A stretch of 64,000 nucleotides of DNA from Eledone cirrhosa (Eukaryota): assembly GCA_964016885.1 (NCBI GenBank), contig OZ024743.1:260400001-260464000 (forward strand), read 5' to 3'. The notes under the pieces were generated by a model. That model saw nothing but the letters and a program-made list of their open reading frames with translations. It made no database searches and had not been told where the DNA came from. Below, piece by piece: positions 12,995 through 26,375 of this stretch (its first letter is position 1; each line of letters begins with the position of its first letter). The position numbers and the translations under genes are program-made.

Positions 12995-13352
12995 TATATA
13001 TATATATATACACTCACATAAATGGATTCGGAAGTAAGTTTATTTCTAGTATATAACTAACAAAAGTTTTTCTTTGATCTTAATAAATTAAATTAATCAA
13101 TTATTTAAATTATATCTGTCTATAAATTAATAGAAGTATTATTACTTATTTTATTAATTCAATTTAAAGTTTAATTAACTTTCAGTGCATCTCATTTAAC
13201 GGGAAAACACATCTATATATATATATATCACAATGCAAAAAGTTAATTCACTTGTAACGTCACCTCCTCTCCCTCTCTTCAGCTGCCTTATTTCCCGTGT
13301 CCTCAAAGTGTATGTTGGGAGTGACCGTACTTGATGGTCATGCATAAAACAA

Positions 13353-13366
13353 CGTGTAGAGGGCGC
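13353..13366 (+). promoter_or_regulatory. CTCF-like motif inside a non-repetitive GC-richer island (~13240-13620)
   Basis: CGTGTAGAGGGCGC matches core CCASYAGRKGGCRS at 12/14 positions. Confidence 0.35.
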
Positions 13367-13679
13367 AAGTGATGAAGGCTGAAAGGAGAGAGAAACAGCT
13401 GACAACCTCTTCAACGGAAGAGTTACTTTTCGTTGTAGAGGAGGGAAGCCAGCCTTTCTACTACTATTGAAAGAAAGTTAAGCCGTCTGCTATTCTTTGC
13501 ACGAGTTGCACAGCGACTGTTTCGCTTCTTTTATATTGTATTTTATGCAGCTTATCTGCCACTTTCTGACTACTAAAAGCTGTGATATGAGAACAAATAA
13601 AGCTGGTTCGTCAAGTAATAGCAAACTTCAATCAATATGCATATATATATACAAAATATATGTATTTATATATAATGCA

Positions 13680-13870
13680 TATTATATTATATTATATTAA
13701 ATTATATCATATTATATTATATCATATTATATTATATTATATTATATATTATATTATATTATGCATATATTATATTATATATATATTATATTATATTATA
13801 TCATATTATATTATATTATATTATATTATATTATATTATATATATATTAGATTGTATCATATTATATTAT
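13680..13870. repeat. (ATATT)n pentanucleotide repeat
   Basis: Direct reading. Confidence 0.9.
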
Positions 13871-13946
13871 ACATATCAAAAACTTAAAAACACATATTTT
13901 GTATAGATATATATATAGGTCTATGTCTTTGTCTATAATGTATGTG

Positions 13947-15766
<1,820 letters not shown>

Positions 15767-15775
15767 TAAAGGAAG

Positions 15776-15920
15776 AATTGAACCCAGTACTGAATTTAAC
15801 GACTTTGAAATGATGAAAAGCAAAGTTAATCGAGGGGATTTGAAGTGGGAGCGTAGAGAACCGAAATAAATGCATCAAAGCAATCTACCCGATATTCTAA
15901 CGACTCTGTCAATTTGCTGC
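15776..15920 (-). mobile_element. Degenerate copy of the tRNA-SINE family at 2724-3573
   Basis: gatgaaaagcaaagttaa...gggatttgaa...ctaacgactctgtcaatt matches the reverse complement of core, B-box and A-box. Confidence 0.65.
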
Positions 15921-16234
15921 TTTTTAAGAAGTTCGTGAACCATAAGGCCCCTTACTCTCTTTTCTACAAATCTGAGGTTCAACGATGTAGCTTAGTTGTT
16001 ACCGTGTTTGGTTACCAACTTCTATTTTTGAAAGGGTCTTTTTTTAATTCAATGTTTTATTTTTCTTTAAAACACTAGAGTATGGCTGAGGAAGATTTGG
16101 CAGTAGTTCGAGTAACCTCTTCTGTGCCTTAATTTTTTTTTCATGGTGGAGTACGAACAAAGGAAAGTTGCATTAACTACGTAATGTGTTTGTCTGTTTG
16201 TCAATCAGTTGACGCTTCTACATAGTCGCATATT

Positions 16235-16400
16235 TTGCTAGAAATAGCAGCTCATTCTTCATTAAATTGCATGCACCTTATCGTCTTGGAAGAGGTTAGC
16301 TTTAGTAAACTGCCTGAAAGAATATACGTGATCGTCATGGTCTGAACGTATTTGATTATAGAGCTACTCAGCCAAGGCTGACCTGGGGCTAAACAACAAC
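16235..16400 (+). mobile_element. 3' part of a second SINE-like family ending in (CAA)n
   Basis: gctagaaatagcagc...ggctgacctggggctaaacaacaac; related segments at ~18380-18430 (+), ~54900-55030 (-) and ~55205-55270 (+). Confidence 0.55.
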
Positions 16401-17128
16401 GACGATAACGATAATGGTGATGGTGGTGGCGACAATGATGACGACGATAACAACTATAACAGCAACAACGACCACCACCACTATTAAAATTTAAAATGTT
16501 TTATGTCTTTGACCGATTCAATTTCTGTCTCTCTTGTCTCCATTACAAACCTGAATAAGATTTAAACCTAGTATATTACTGTTATTGACCTTTAAATGAT
16601 GAATACTACTCCCAGCCAACCCGCGCTACGCAGTGATATTTGAACTCAGGACACAAAATATACTTAACTCTTAACAGTAAAATAATCAATGTAAGGAGTA
16701 CCGTGAGAGGTCAGAAGCCTCCCTATTCAATCCTACTGAAAGGAACTTTGGGCAAGTGTTTTCCTGGATCAGATTTAATAGACGGATACAAGGCGGAAGC
16801 TCATCAGATATTTTGTGAGTTGTAAAATGAATCCGTTACTCGGTTTGTTTAACGCTAAGATCTGGTTCTTTAGTGAGTGCCCTTAGCAGAGTTCCCTCTG
16901 TTGAAAGTATTCTTAGTCTGAGAACGTTTTCTCTTCTTCACACCAGTTTCAGGTATCCAGAAAAGAATCATGGGCATGGCCACTGCTTCTCTTCATTAGA
17001 TGAAACAAGGAGTCTCCAAAATGATCGATATCAAGTTCCATGAGTCAATAGAACTACCAAGTGTGTCAGTTGAAACTTAGGACCAAAACATGACATTTAT
17101 ATAAGAAAATATATATTAAGTAATACAA

Positions 17129-17289
17129 CAGATCTGTCAACTCTCTTCGTCCGACGAGGAGATCTCCCACCCACTTTTGTGAAAATGGGTAAAGCTTTTA
17201 TTATGTAAAATCTCCCCATTTTGCCGCATTTGAGGCATTGTTTTTTTCATGGTACTCCGCGTTTGGGTTTTTAAAGGTTGGCAGGTCTG
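17129..17289. mobile_element. 161-bp MITE with 13-bp TIRs and a 6-bp TSD
   Basis: TIRs CAGATCTGTCAAC / GTTGGCAGGTCTG (11/13 match); ATACAA directly flanks both ends (17123-17128, 17290-17295). Confidence 0.75.
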
Positions 17290-18957
17290 ATACAATAAAA
17301 TACGTCTTGCTTACACAGGTTTCTGATTTATATATAATTAGCCTTTATTGTCTATTTTATATTCTGCTTACTAATATATTTACTTATTTAGTTTTGCCAA
17401 TGCTGAGGATCTGAATTATTTGCCAACTCTGCTCTTAACCATTGAAAATATAAATTATTCCTTTGCTCACAAAATCATTATCATTATGATTCCTTATGCG
17501 TACCTTAGTAAGAAAGAATAATAATGCTGCATTCATGCATTTTTGAAGGCCCTAAATGACATACCTGAAGAAAATTATCTTAACTAATTAATTAAGGAGG
17601 TCATTTACTTATTAGCTTCCTGTTTATCTCAGGGTTAATTCTTACATAAGAATGTGACTCGATATAGTTAATTTGGAGTAAAAAAAGAAAAAGAATTAAC
17701 GAAGCGATAGAAATATCTCACTTCCTAGGCTACCAACTACCTCTTGGAATTGAAATAGCCACCCACGAGAATAAATCCGTAAGTTAGACTGGCTTCTTGT
17801 CGAACCCATAGATATGGGAACATCTGGCGTCCTGGATCCCCAAACCAACTCTCTACTTACTACAATCGAGCTGAAGTCATCTACAATACTGTGACCCCCT
17901 TGCTATCCTAACAGATAAAGCATTTATCTGTCTGTCTGTTGGGACCATGACACAACACTAGAATTGTGTTGAGTTGATATAGTAGCTATTACACGGATTA
18001 CCTCGCTTTTTTTTTCTAGCAAATGAACATGCTCATCGTCGGAACCGACGGAAGATCAATACTCTGGTAACAAGTTCTGTCATTCGTAATTTTCATAGGT
18101 GTATCTGCTGAATTATGTAAAGTAAAACGGTTTCATTAGGGCTAGAAACTGTGCGCTCACCTGATACATTTTATCCATCACCCTTAAGCGTGACAGAAAG
18201 CCTAACTTCACGCCAACAGTCTCTGTTTCCCATCAATGTTACACCGGTGTGGGTAACTAAAATACTTTCTACGTACTCTTTTGACCTACGAAGAATATAC
18301 TAACGCTCAAGACATACTCTACAATCCTTTATAAAGGATAACATCCTGAATGACATAGATCTTAATAGATAAAAATATTAGATGGTCACGGTTGGAATGC
18401 CTGCTCGATTAGAACTGACAGCGGATTTTAAAAAATCAATAATAACTATCACTTTTACTTAAGTTCCTTTTGATCCCTATGGAGCATTGTATGCAGAGAG
18501 ACCACCCATCAAGACCACAGGCTCTGTCACAAGCCTGTGCCCTATAGAGCACAGTCGCAAGCCCTGTCACGTGCCTGCACCAATAACGACCACAATATAG
18601 CTCAAATAAGGAGATACAAATTTTAAGATCTACAGTCAAATTATACTCAGATAATTAAGTACAGGGGTTAAATCAAAGTAGGATTAAGCTTGCATGGGAC
18701 CTCTGACTGAATTTTCATCGAGGCCCTTGCCTATTATCTATTATAGCAAACAAAATTAATTTGGGGTAATTTAAATATTGTGGCGTCTTGGGTAGAATAC
18801 AGTTACCCCCACTGAGGTAAACATGTCTAGACAGTGAAAATTGATTCACATCATTTCTCAATTTCTGCTTGACTTGTCGGATGAATCTTTGTTTCATTCT
18901 GTGCCGCTGTTTAATAAATTTTTCACACGAACGCACACAAAGGAACGCGTGTATATT

Positions 18958-19065
18958 CTTCTCATATTTTATTGTCATCTTACTGGTTGCAATCATTAAG
19001 CTGTGGCCATACAAAGGGCACCGCCTTTTGAAGTCATAGTCCATAATATCGATCCCGACACCAGA
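18958..19065 (-). mobile_element. Degenerate SINE 3' tail fragment
   Basis: Minus strand reads ...cttcaaaaggcggtgccctttgtatggccacagcttaatgattgcaaccagtaagat, similar to an octopus SINE tail (from memory). Confidence 0.5.
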
Positions 19066-19174
19066 AAGTAAAAAAATTGTAAGTATTTTACTTACAAAGA
19101 AAAGTCATCAAAGATTTCAATAACGTGTATCGGCGAAACATTTAACACTTAACCATCCCACTATACACCCACAC

Positions 19175-19293
<119 letters not shown>

Positions 19294-19716
19294 TGTGTGT
19301 GTGTAAAATATTATATATTATTATATATATATATATATAATATTATTTAAAATGTGACATTCTTTTTTATGGCTAAGTGATGAGTCTTGTAACAAGACTC
19401 AATAATTAGCTATAATAAAAACTATATTAAATTCTACTTCAGTTTTGAGAACTCATTCTCGCGTCCATCAACATTATATAGAATGTCCAATTGTATGTCT
19501 AGGTATTTTTTCCGGCTCTTTCTGCTCTGAATTCGAATCCCGGACGATGGATTGAAGGAACTGCTAAAGATTTTCAGGATGCATTGCTTTGTCAAATCCG
19601 GCGCTGTGAGTTCAAAGTTCAAATAGTTGCGATCAACAGTGGAAATACCAATGAAAACAGTTTATTTTGCCCGATCTGACGAATTATTCTTTTTCCTTTT
19701 ATTTCAATAGCAAATG

Positions 19717-19774
<58 letters not shown>

Positions 19775-19964
19775 GACATGAATTATCATGTCTTTAGAGA
19801 AAGAATACCTTAATGTTGATACCTTTTCAAATGTATCTGCGTAGTAAGTGCACCATGTCCAAAGAGTGTGAACTCTTGACGGTGTGGTAGGAGCAGGGTA
19901 GTGACATATGACGTGTCTGAGCACTCCAGTCGATTACTTCCAGAGAGAAAGAGAGCGTAAGAAG

Positions 19965-20125
19965 CATCGATCCCAGTACTAGAATGGCATTGCATTTATC
20001 GACGTCGAAAGGATGAAATGCAAAGTTGTCCTCAGCGGTATTTGAACCTAGAACGTAGAGAACAGTAATGAATAGCATGAATCATTCTATCCGACCTTCT
20101 CACGACGCTCACAATTTTCCACCTA
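19965..20125 (-). mobile_element. Degenerate tRNA-SINE copy
   Basis: tttatcgacgtcgaaaggatgaaatgcaaagttgtcctcagcggtatttgaacc is the reverse complement of the family core plus B-box. Confidence 0.75.
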
Positions 20126-20429
20126 AGTGGCATAGTATGAATTAGAAAATAATTCGGTCCTTGCCATTCATTTGGCGAGATCTTAATGCTGGGCCTTGTC
20201 AACTCCAGGGCCGTGTTATTCACATAGCTGAGTAGGCTAAATCTTAGGGATCCCATGGTTAAAGGACCACCGAAATACCTGAAATCTTAGGGGGGGGGGG
20301 CATGCGATGAGTTAATACAACTCAGGTCAAGTTATTGGACATGTCGTAACCATTTTTATTGTTTACAGTGAAGAAGGGATCAAATAGTATTATGTGTGAC
20401 GTGACTGTTGAGTTATTTATTTCGACACT

Positions 20430-20520
20430 CAGCGTCCGAGTTTAAAACCAGTCGAAACCAGTTTGTCTTTCATCATTTCAAGGTCAATAAATGATGTACC
20501 AGTCAAGTATTAGAATCAAA
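20430..20520 (+). mobile_element. Degenerate tRNA-SINE core fragment
   Basis: gagtttaaaacc...tttgtctttcatcatttcaaggtcaataaatgatgtaccagtcaagta. Confidence 0.6.
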
Positions 20521-20541
20521 TTCTTTTCTATATTTTTCTAA

Positions 20542-20600
<59 letters not shown>

Positions 20601-20602
<2 letters not shown>

Positions 20603-20793
20603 CGAAGGAAATGTGGTAAGGAACCAGGTGGACCATAACGCACCAAAGTACTAAATACTTAGGGTAGTAGAGTGGGTAATAGGAACGAGTAGTACCCCGA
20701 CGGCTGAGCTCAAGCCGTTTCGACGGCTAATTCTGGACTGAATTAGCCGTCGAAACGGCTTGAGATCAGCAGTCGGGGTCCTACTCGTTCCTA
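20601..20793 (-). mobile_element. (TA)n-inserted hairpin element, copy 2 (full palindrome 20680-20793)
   Basis: ~54-bp arms around loop TGGACT (20734-20739) plus an ~80-bp unique tail shared with 6012-6184; (TA)n on both sides. Confidence 0.85.
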
Positions 20794-21025
20794 TATATAT
20801 ATATATATATATTTCTCTCTTTCTCTCTTCCTCTTTCTCAAACACACACACACCCTCTCCCTCCCTCTCTCTTTCTCTCTCTATATATATATACACAGAG
20901 ATATCCACGGTAAGTTGTGGGGTCTAGTCTGCATGAAGAACACAATGTAATCCATGTGTTGAAAATGTTGTAGGTTAAAATAAATCCCGGAAAACAATAA
21001 AACATTAAAAGGAAAACAGTCATGA

Positions 21026-21255
21026 TATAAGTTAAAACAATCAAATAAAAAATCAAGTCATTAGAAATATACTTCACTTCAAATATACTTCACACCAAAT
21101 AAAACCACGGTAGTTTACCAAATTCCACAAATACAGATACTACAGCACATTAATATAAGTGGTAATAAGAACTTAACTAAAAACCGCAAAAGAAACATAA
21201 CATCGTAAAGCAGTGAAGTATATTTCTGACTTGATTTTTTATTTCATTGTTTTAA

Positions 21256-21261
<6 letters not shown>
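21026..21261. mobile_element. ~235-bp element with ~50-bp terminal inverted repeats, abutting (TA)n
   Basis: atataagttaaaacaatcaaataaaaaatcaagtca(tt)agaaatatacttcact vs agtgaagtatatttctgacttgattttttatttcattgttttaacttatat. Confidence 0.75.
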
Positions 21262-21343
<82 letters not shown>

Positions 21344-21490
21344 TTTTGAGTATATGTTGGTTGTATACCAACACCTCAATATGCAGGCTAGAGCACTCGA
21401 CGAAGTGCGCAGGTTGGTTTGGTTACTCCGGAGTAATGTAAAATAAAGTTAAATAAAAAGTCAAATGTTTAAAATTTAGCTTCGTTTATT

Positions 21491-21545
21491 ACTGCTATAT
21501 ATATTTCAGTGACAGCCATCTTTGGCTGTGACCTCTTCAGGCAGT
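21491..21545 (-). ncRNA. Minimal type I hammerhead ribozyme
   Basis: ACUGC-CUGAAGA-GGUCACAGCCA(AAGA)UGGCUGUCACU-GAAA-UAUAUA-UA-GCAGU: stem I, core, stem II, GAAA, palindromic loop 3, UA cleavage site. Confidence 0.85.
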
Positions 21546-22144
21546 CCGAATTAGTGTGGTATAGACAAGTACATATGTTGTTGAGGTGTATAATTTTGTC
21601 AATACTCTGATATGCCCAGTTCCTGGTTGGGTTGTTATTTCTCTGAGGAACTGGAATCATATGAATTCAAACAAACGAATTTCAGTGTCAAAGGGCCTCT
21701 TCTCCTCTCATTGGTCAGTTATTAGAACATACCTCATTCTCAGTGTTGTTATTGTTGGAGTTAGCTTAAAAAATTGATAAAATGGTAGAAGGGACAGGTG
21801 TTAAAGGAACAAAATAACAAAAAAAGTGTCAAACTTCCCATTGGTCGGTTCTGAGAGCATTCCTCAGTCAGAAGTCTATAGAATTCTTTCTGGGGTGAGG
21901 CTCCCTGTAGTGTCAGGGAGCCTCACCCCAGAAAGAATTCTATAGACTTCTGACTGAGGAATGTTCTAATAACTGACCAATGAGAGGAGAAGAGGCCCTT
22001 TGACACTGAAATTCGTTTGTTTGAATTCATATGATTCCAGTTCCTCAGTGAAATAACAACCCAACAAGGAACTGGGCATATCAGAGTATTGACAAAATTA
22101 TACACTCAACAACATATGTACTTGTCTATACCACACTAATTCGG

Positions 22145-22198
22145 ACTGCCTGAAGAGGTCACAGCAAAGATGGCTGTCACTGAAATATATATAGCAGT
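22145..22198 (+). ncRNA. Minimal type I hammerhead ribozyme
   Basis: ACUGC-CUGAAGA-GGUCACAGC(AAAGAUG)GCUGUCACU-GAAA-UAUAUA-UA-GCAGU, immediately followed by AAUAAA. Confidence 0.85.
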
Positions 22199-22242
22199 AA
22201 TAAACGAAGCTAAATTTTAAACATTTGACTTTTTATTTACTT

Positions 22243-22314
<72 letters not shown>

Positions 22315-22795
22315 TTCTCTCTTCCTCTTTCTCAAATACACACATACACACTCTCTCTCTCGTTCTCTATCTCTCTCTTTCTCTCTTTCTCTCTCTATAT
22401 ATTTTCCTGAGAAGGATTGCGTTGTGTTTAGACAAGAAAAATAATGGGGTCCAGCAGGTTTAAATATGTCAGGATGGCGGCACTACGATTCTATTAACAG
22501 TTAAGGAACCACTGATGGACTTTGAAACAAGAAAATAGTCTATACTTAAATGACCGTGAGCAGGTAAATGAAAATGGTTCTTAATATTCAAAATGGCTAT
22601 CAGATTGATTTCTTGGAAAGATTTCGCTACTTCGGCGAGAAGTATATTCCTTGGTATATATTTCATAAGTAAATTTGTTTATTCATGTATGCAAATTTAT
22701 CTACGTGAGTTGGGATTACTTTCCAAAAGTATATGCATTTTTAAGTTCTAGATTTGATGGACATGTTTGCATGATTGCATGGCTGTGCCTAGAAG

Positions 22796-22812
22796 ATATA
22801 TACGTGTATATG

Positions 22813-22882
<70 letters not shown>

Positions 22883-22888
22883 CATACA

Positions 22889-22937
<49 letters not shown>

Positions 22938-22968
22938 ATATGTATATGTATATATATATACACATACA

Positions 22969-23018
<50 letters not shown>

Positions 23019-23060
23019 TGTATGTGTATATATATATACATATACATATACATACATGTA

Positions 23061-23124
<64 letters not shown>

Positions 23125-23130
23125 TGTATG

Positions 23131-23200
<70 letters not shown>

Positions 23201-23294
23201 CAATTATATACATATTTATATGTATATATATATATATTTATGTATAATACATATATATATACATATGTATAATATATACAAATATAAATTTATC

Positions 23295-23326
<32 letters not shown>

Positions 23327-23380
23327 TTTTACAAGATTCATGCCTTTTATTATTTGCACTGTTTCATTCCTACTATTACC

Positions 23381-23446
<66 letters not shown>

Positions 23447-23447
23447 T
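22796..23447. repeat. Long interrupted (TA)n tract
   Basis: Direct reading. Confidence 0.95.
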
Positions 23448-23620
23448 TCACTATTTATATCTTTTGAGAAATCTGTCAGAAAATTTATGGAAACATTAGC
23501 GAGGTCCTTGATATATTTGGGATTTTCAAAATAAAAAATAAACACCATTATTACCCAACTATTTATTCACATTCATGATTTGGTTTATATTTCATTCCAA
23601 TATTCCTCAGCCCCCTCATC

Positions 23621-23801
23621 CTTCTTCTTCTTCTTCTTCTTCTTCTTCTTCTTCTTCTTCTTCTTCTTCTTCTTCTTCTTCTTCTTCTTCTTCTTCTTCT
23701 TCTTCTTCTTCTTCTTCTTCTTCTTCTTCTTCTTCTTCTTCTTCTTCTTCTTCTTCTTCTTCTTCTTCTTCTTCTTCTTCTTCTTCTTCTTCTTCCTCTT
23801 C
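23621..23801. repeat. (CTT)n/(GAA)n microsatellite, ~58-60 units
   Basis: Almost uninterrupted. Confidence 0.98.
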
Positions 23802-24091
23802 TGTTTACAACTGTTACTGGTTCAGAGTTGAGTCGTATTAGCGTTTTCTCTTCATATTTTATTCCAAGGACGTGCAAAGAATCGATTTTCAGAACAAGCA
23901 ATGTATGCTCCCTAACAACAGCTGCCGTTGGCTGAGGGATACCTCCTTACTTAGCCTCCCACCCTCTATACCATTCCACTTCCATCACATATGGTAAGAA
24001 ATATATGGGCTTTTATTTATTTCGTATTCTCTCCCTATATTTTTAAGATGTTTTTATATATTTTTCGTTATATTTCCTTTTAGAAGATCAG

Positions 24092-24380
24092 TATGGTGAT
24101 GGTGTGGTGGTGGTGGTGGTTTTGGAGGCTGATGCTGGTGGTGCTGGTAGTAATACTGATGATGGTTGTGGTTCTGATGATCGTTGTGATGTTGCTGTGG
24201 TGATGATGATGGTGGTGGTAGTGGTGTTTGTTGGTGTGGGGTTGATGACAGTCGTGGTGTCGTTTTTGCTGTGGTGATGGTGGTGATGGTTGTGGTGCTG
24301 GTGAGGTGACGATGTTCGTGATCGTGATCATGGTAATGGTGCTTTTTGTTGTTAAGGGTGTTGTGTTTGTTGTTGTTATT
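24092..24380. repeat. Degenerate (GGT/GAT/GTT)n triplet repeat
   Basis: Direct reading. Confidence 0.85.
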
Positions 24381-24516
24381 ATATTGGCGTTTCAATGACC
24401 TACGGAAGGAGATGGCGAGGGGCAGATATTACACACCAATTCACTTCGACCAATATAAGTTTTTCTTTAATTTCATAACAGAAACAGTCACTTGCATGCA
24501 AACACACACTCATATA

Positions 24517-24585
<69 letters not shown>

Positions 24586-25164
24586 CTGTGTGTAGTGAGA
24601 GAGAGAGAGATACATACATACATACATACATACATACATACATACATACATACATACATACATACATGGTGGCTGCCAACTCGTTTTCGAGTACGGCCAC
24701 TACTTTATATCCATGTAGGAGAACCCCTACTGATGCGCTAAACGAGTGTGACTTTTCAGTCCAGCCAGCGACTTGAAAACTCGGGTACAAACACTACACT
24801 TGTGACAATTATTGACACATAGTGCTGGGCCCATGGTACCATGTCACGACAAGTGCAGAGAGATCTCCAGATATAAAGCAATGCCTGTGCCGTGAAGCTT
24901 TTATAGTGAGCAAAGGCACTGCACAAAGCCAGTCCCACTCTCTTAACCAAGATGATATTTACCAAAAAGAAGAACAAGTCAACATCATTGGATACCATCA
25001 GAGTTGCAGGTGTTATATCAGAGTTTTCCTTCTCCTAGAATACATACATACATACATACATACATACACGACTCTCTATCTACTGGTGAAAATGCATAAC
25101 ATAATTATTTCTTTTTAAAATAGTAAGCATATATGTATATTCGCATAAGTGTATGTACGTATAC

Positions 25165-25260
<96 letters not shown>

Positions 25261-25279
25261 TTATATATTTATATATATG

Positions 25280-25363
<84 letters not shown>

Positions 25364-25719
25364 TTATATATTTATATATATGTATATTATATATATATAT
25401 ATATATATATAGTGTATTTCCTCCGCAGATGTCCTTGATCGATTGCCAACACGTCGAAGTCTTCTCTAAAAAACTAACGGTAATTATTGGTGGCATGAAA
25501 TTCAATGGTTTTATGCAAAACATAATCGAAATACGGAGAAAATAAAACTTTGATTCCTTTTATCCATAGACCTGGCCTTAGGAGGGCGTTATTTTCTGCT
25601 CAGCTTATCTAAGTTACTCAAGTGTTGAACGGTTGAATGATCTCTCTCCGTTTGATTTTATCAATAATTCTTCATATAATTATGAAGAATTAGAATGTGT
25701 GTCTGTGTGTCTTGGGCCA

Positions 25720-26000
25720 CTGTCGGTTCTAACGACAAATGTTCAAATTGTTTGAACAATGGAACGGCTTGCTAGTGAAATTAACATGCAAGTTACCGAG
25801 CATACAGACACATGCATCCTTAACGTAGTTCTCAGGGTCATTCAAAGTACCACACTGTGTGACAAGGCTGGCTCCTTGTGATACATGTACTACTAGTTTT
25901 TGTAAGTAACATGAAATAAGGACTCTAGGCGCCACTGGGGGTTGATCTTGTGCAATTACGATCATGGGTCGAACACCCTAACCAGTAAGCCATGAACCTT
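25720..26000 (-). mobile_element. Degenerate tRNA-derived SINE (third family)
   Basis: Minus-strand A-box TGGCTTACTGGTTAGG at ~25977-25992; body gtgaaattaacatgcaag...ccttaacgtagttctcaggg...tgtgacaaggctgg resembles an octopus SINE (from memory). Confidence 0.6.
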
Positions 26001-26124
26001 AAACAAACTCAAGTCTTGTCCTTAAGCAATCTCCTTTAGCCTACTTGTATATGTCTAGCTGGGTAAACAATATATAAATGGGCCACCAATCTTCTCTTCT
26101 AATGTGAATGCGAGGCATAACTTC

Positions 26125-26375
26125 ATACAATACTAATTTTCTGGCAACTGATGGTCTGGCACGTCTTTTAATCCGGACATAATTATAAGCAGACTCTTTA
26201 ATGTCCAGCAAATCACCAGTGTATTTAGTGGATGGTTACAGATGGTGCTGGTTGTCACTTGTAGCCACCCACTAAGTACACTGGTGAGTTGCGGAAAATT
26301 AAAGAGTCTACTTATAATTATGTTTATATTAAAAGAGGTGTCAGACCATCAGTTGCCCGAAAATTAGTATTGTAT
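26125..26375. mobile_element. Old palindromic MITE, ~115-bp arms, ~19-nt spacer
   Basis: atacaatactaattttctggcaactgatggtctg... pairs with ...cagaccatcagttgcccgaaaattagtattgtat; ends compatible with a TA TSD. Confidence 0.8.

Larger units (their letters stand above)
21439..22249. mobile_element. Foldback element with ~295-bp inverted arms, probable inverted pseudo-LTR pair of a Penelope-like element
   Basis: 21439-21736 is the near-identical reverse complement of 21955-22249; inner perfect 50-bp hairpin 21858-21963; each arm has a hammerhead, then AATAAA and a T-rich end; (TA)n at right flank. Confidence 0.8.

Noticed and set aside
16795-16810. CTGATGA on the minus strand as a hammerhead core
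   Set aside because: No pairing stems; lies in what looks like a decayed SINE tail
20206-20300. CAGGGCCG-starting segment as a hAT-Tip100-like terminus
   Set aside because: No matching opposite TIR or TSD found; too weak to call
21586-22105. Two near-identical ~60-aa ORFs on opposite strands as duplicated genes
   Set aside because: They are the two arms of the foldback element, with non-ATG starts and no recognisable domain
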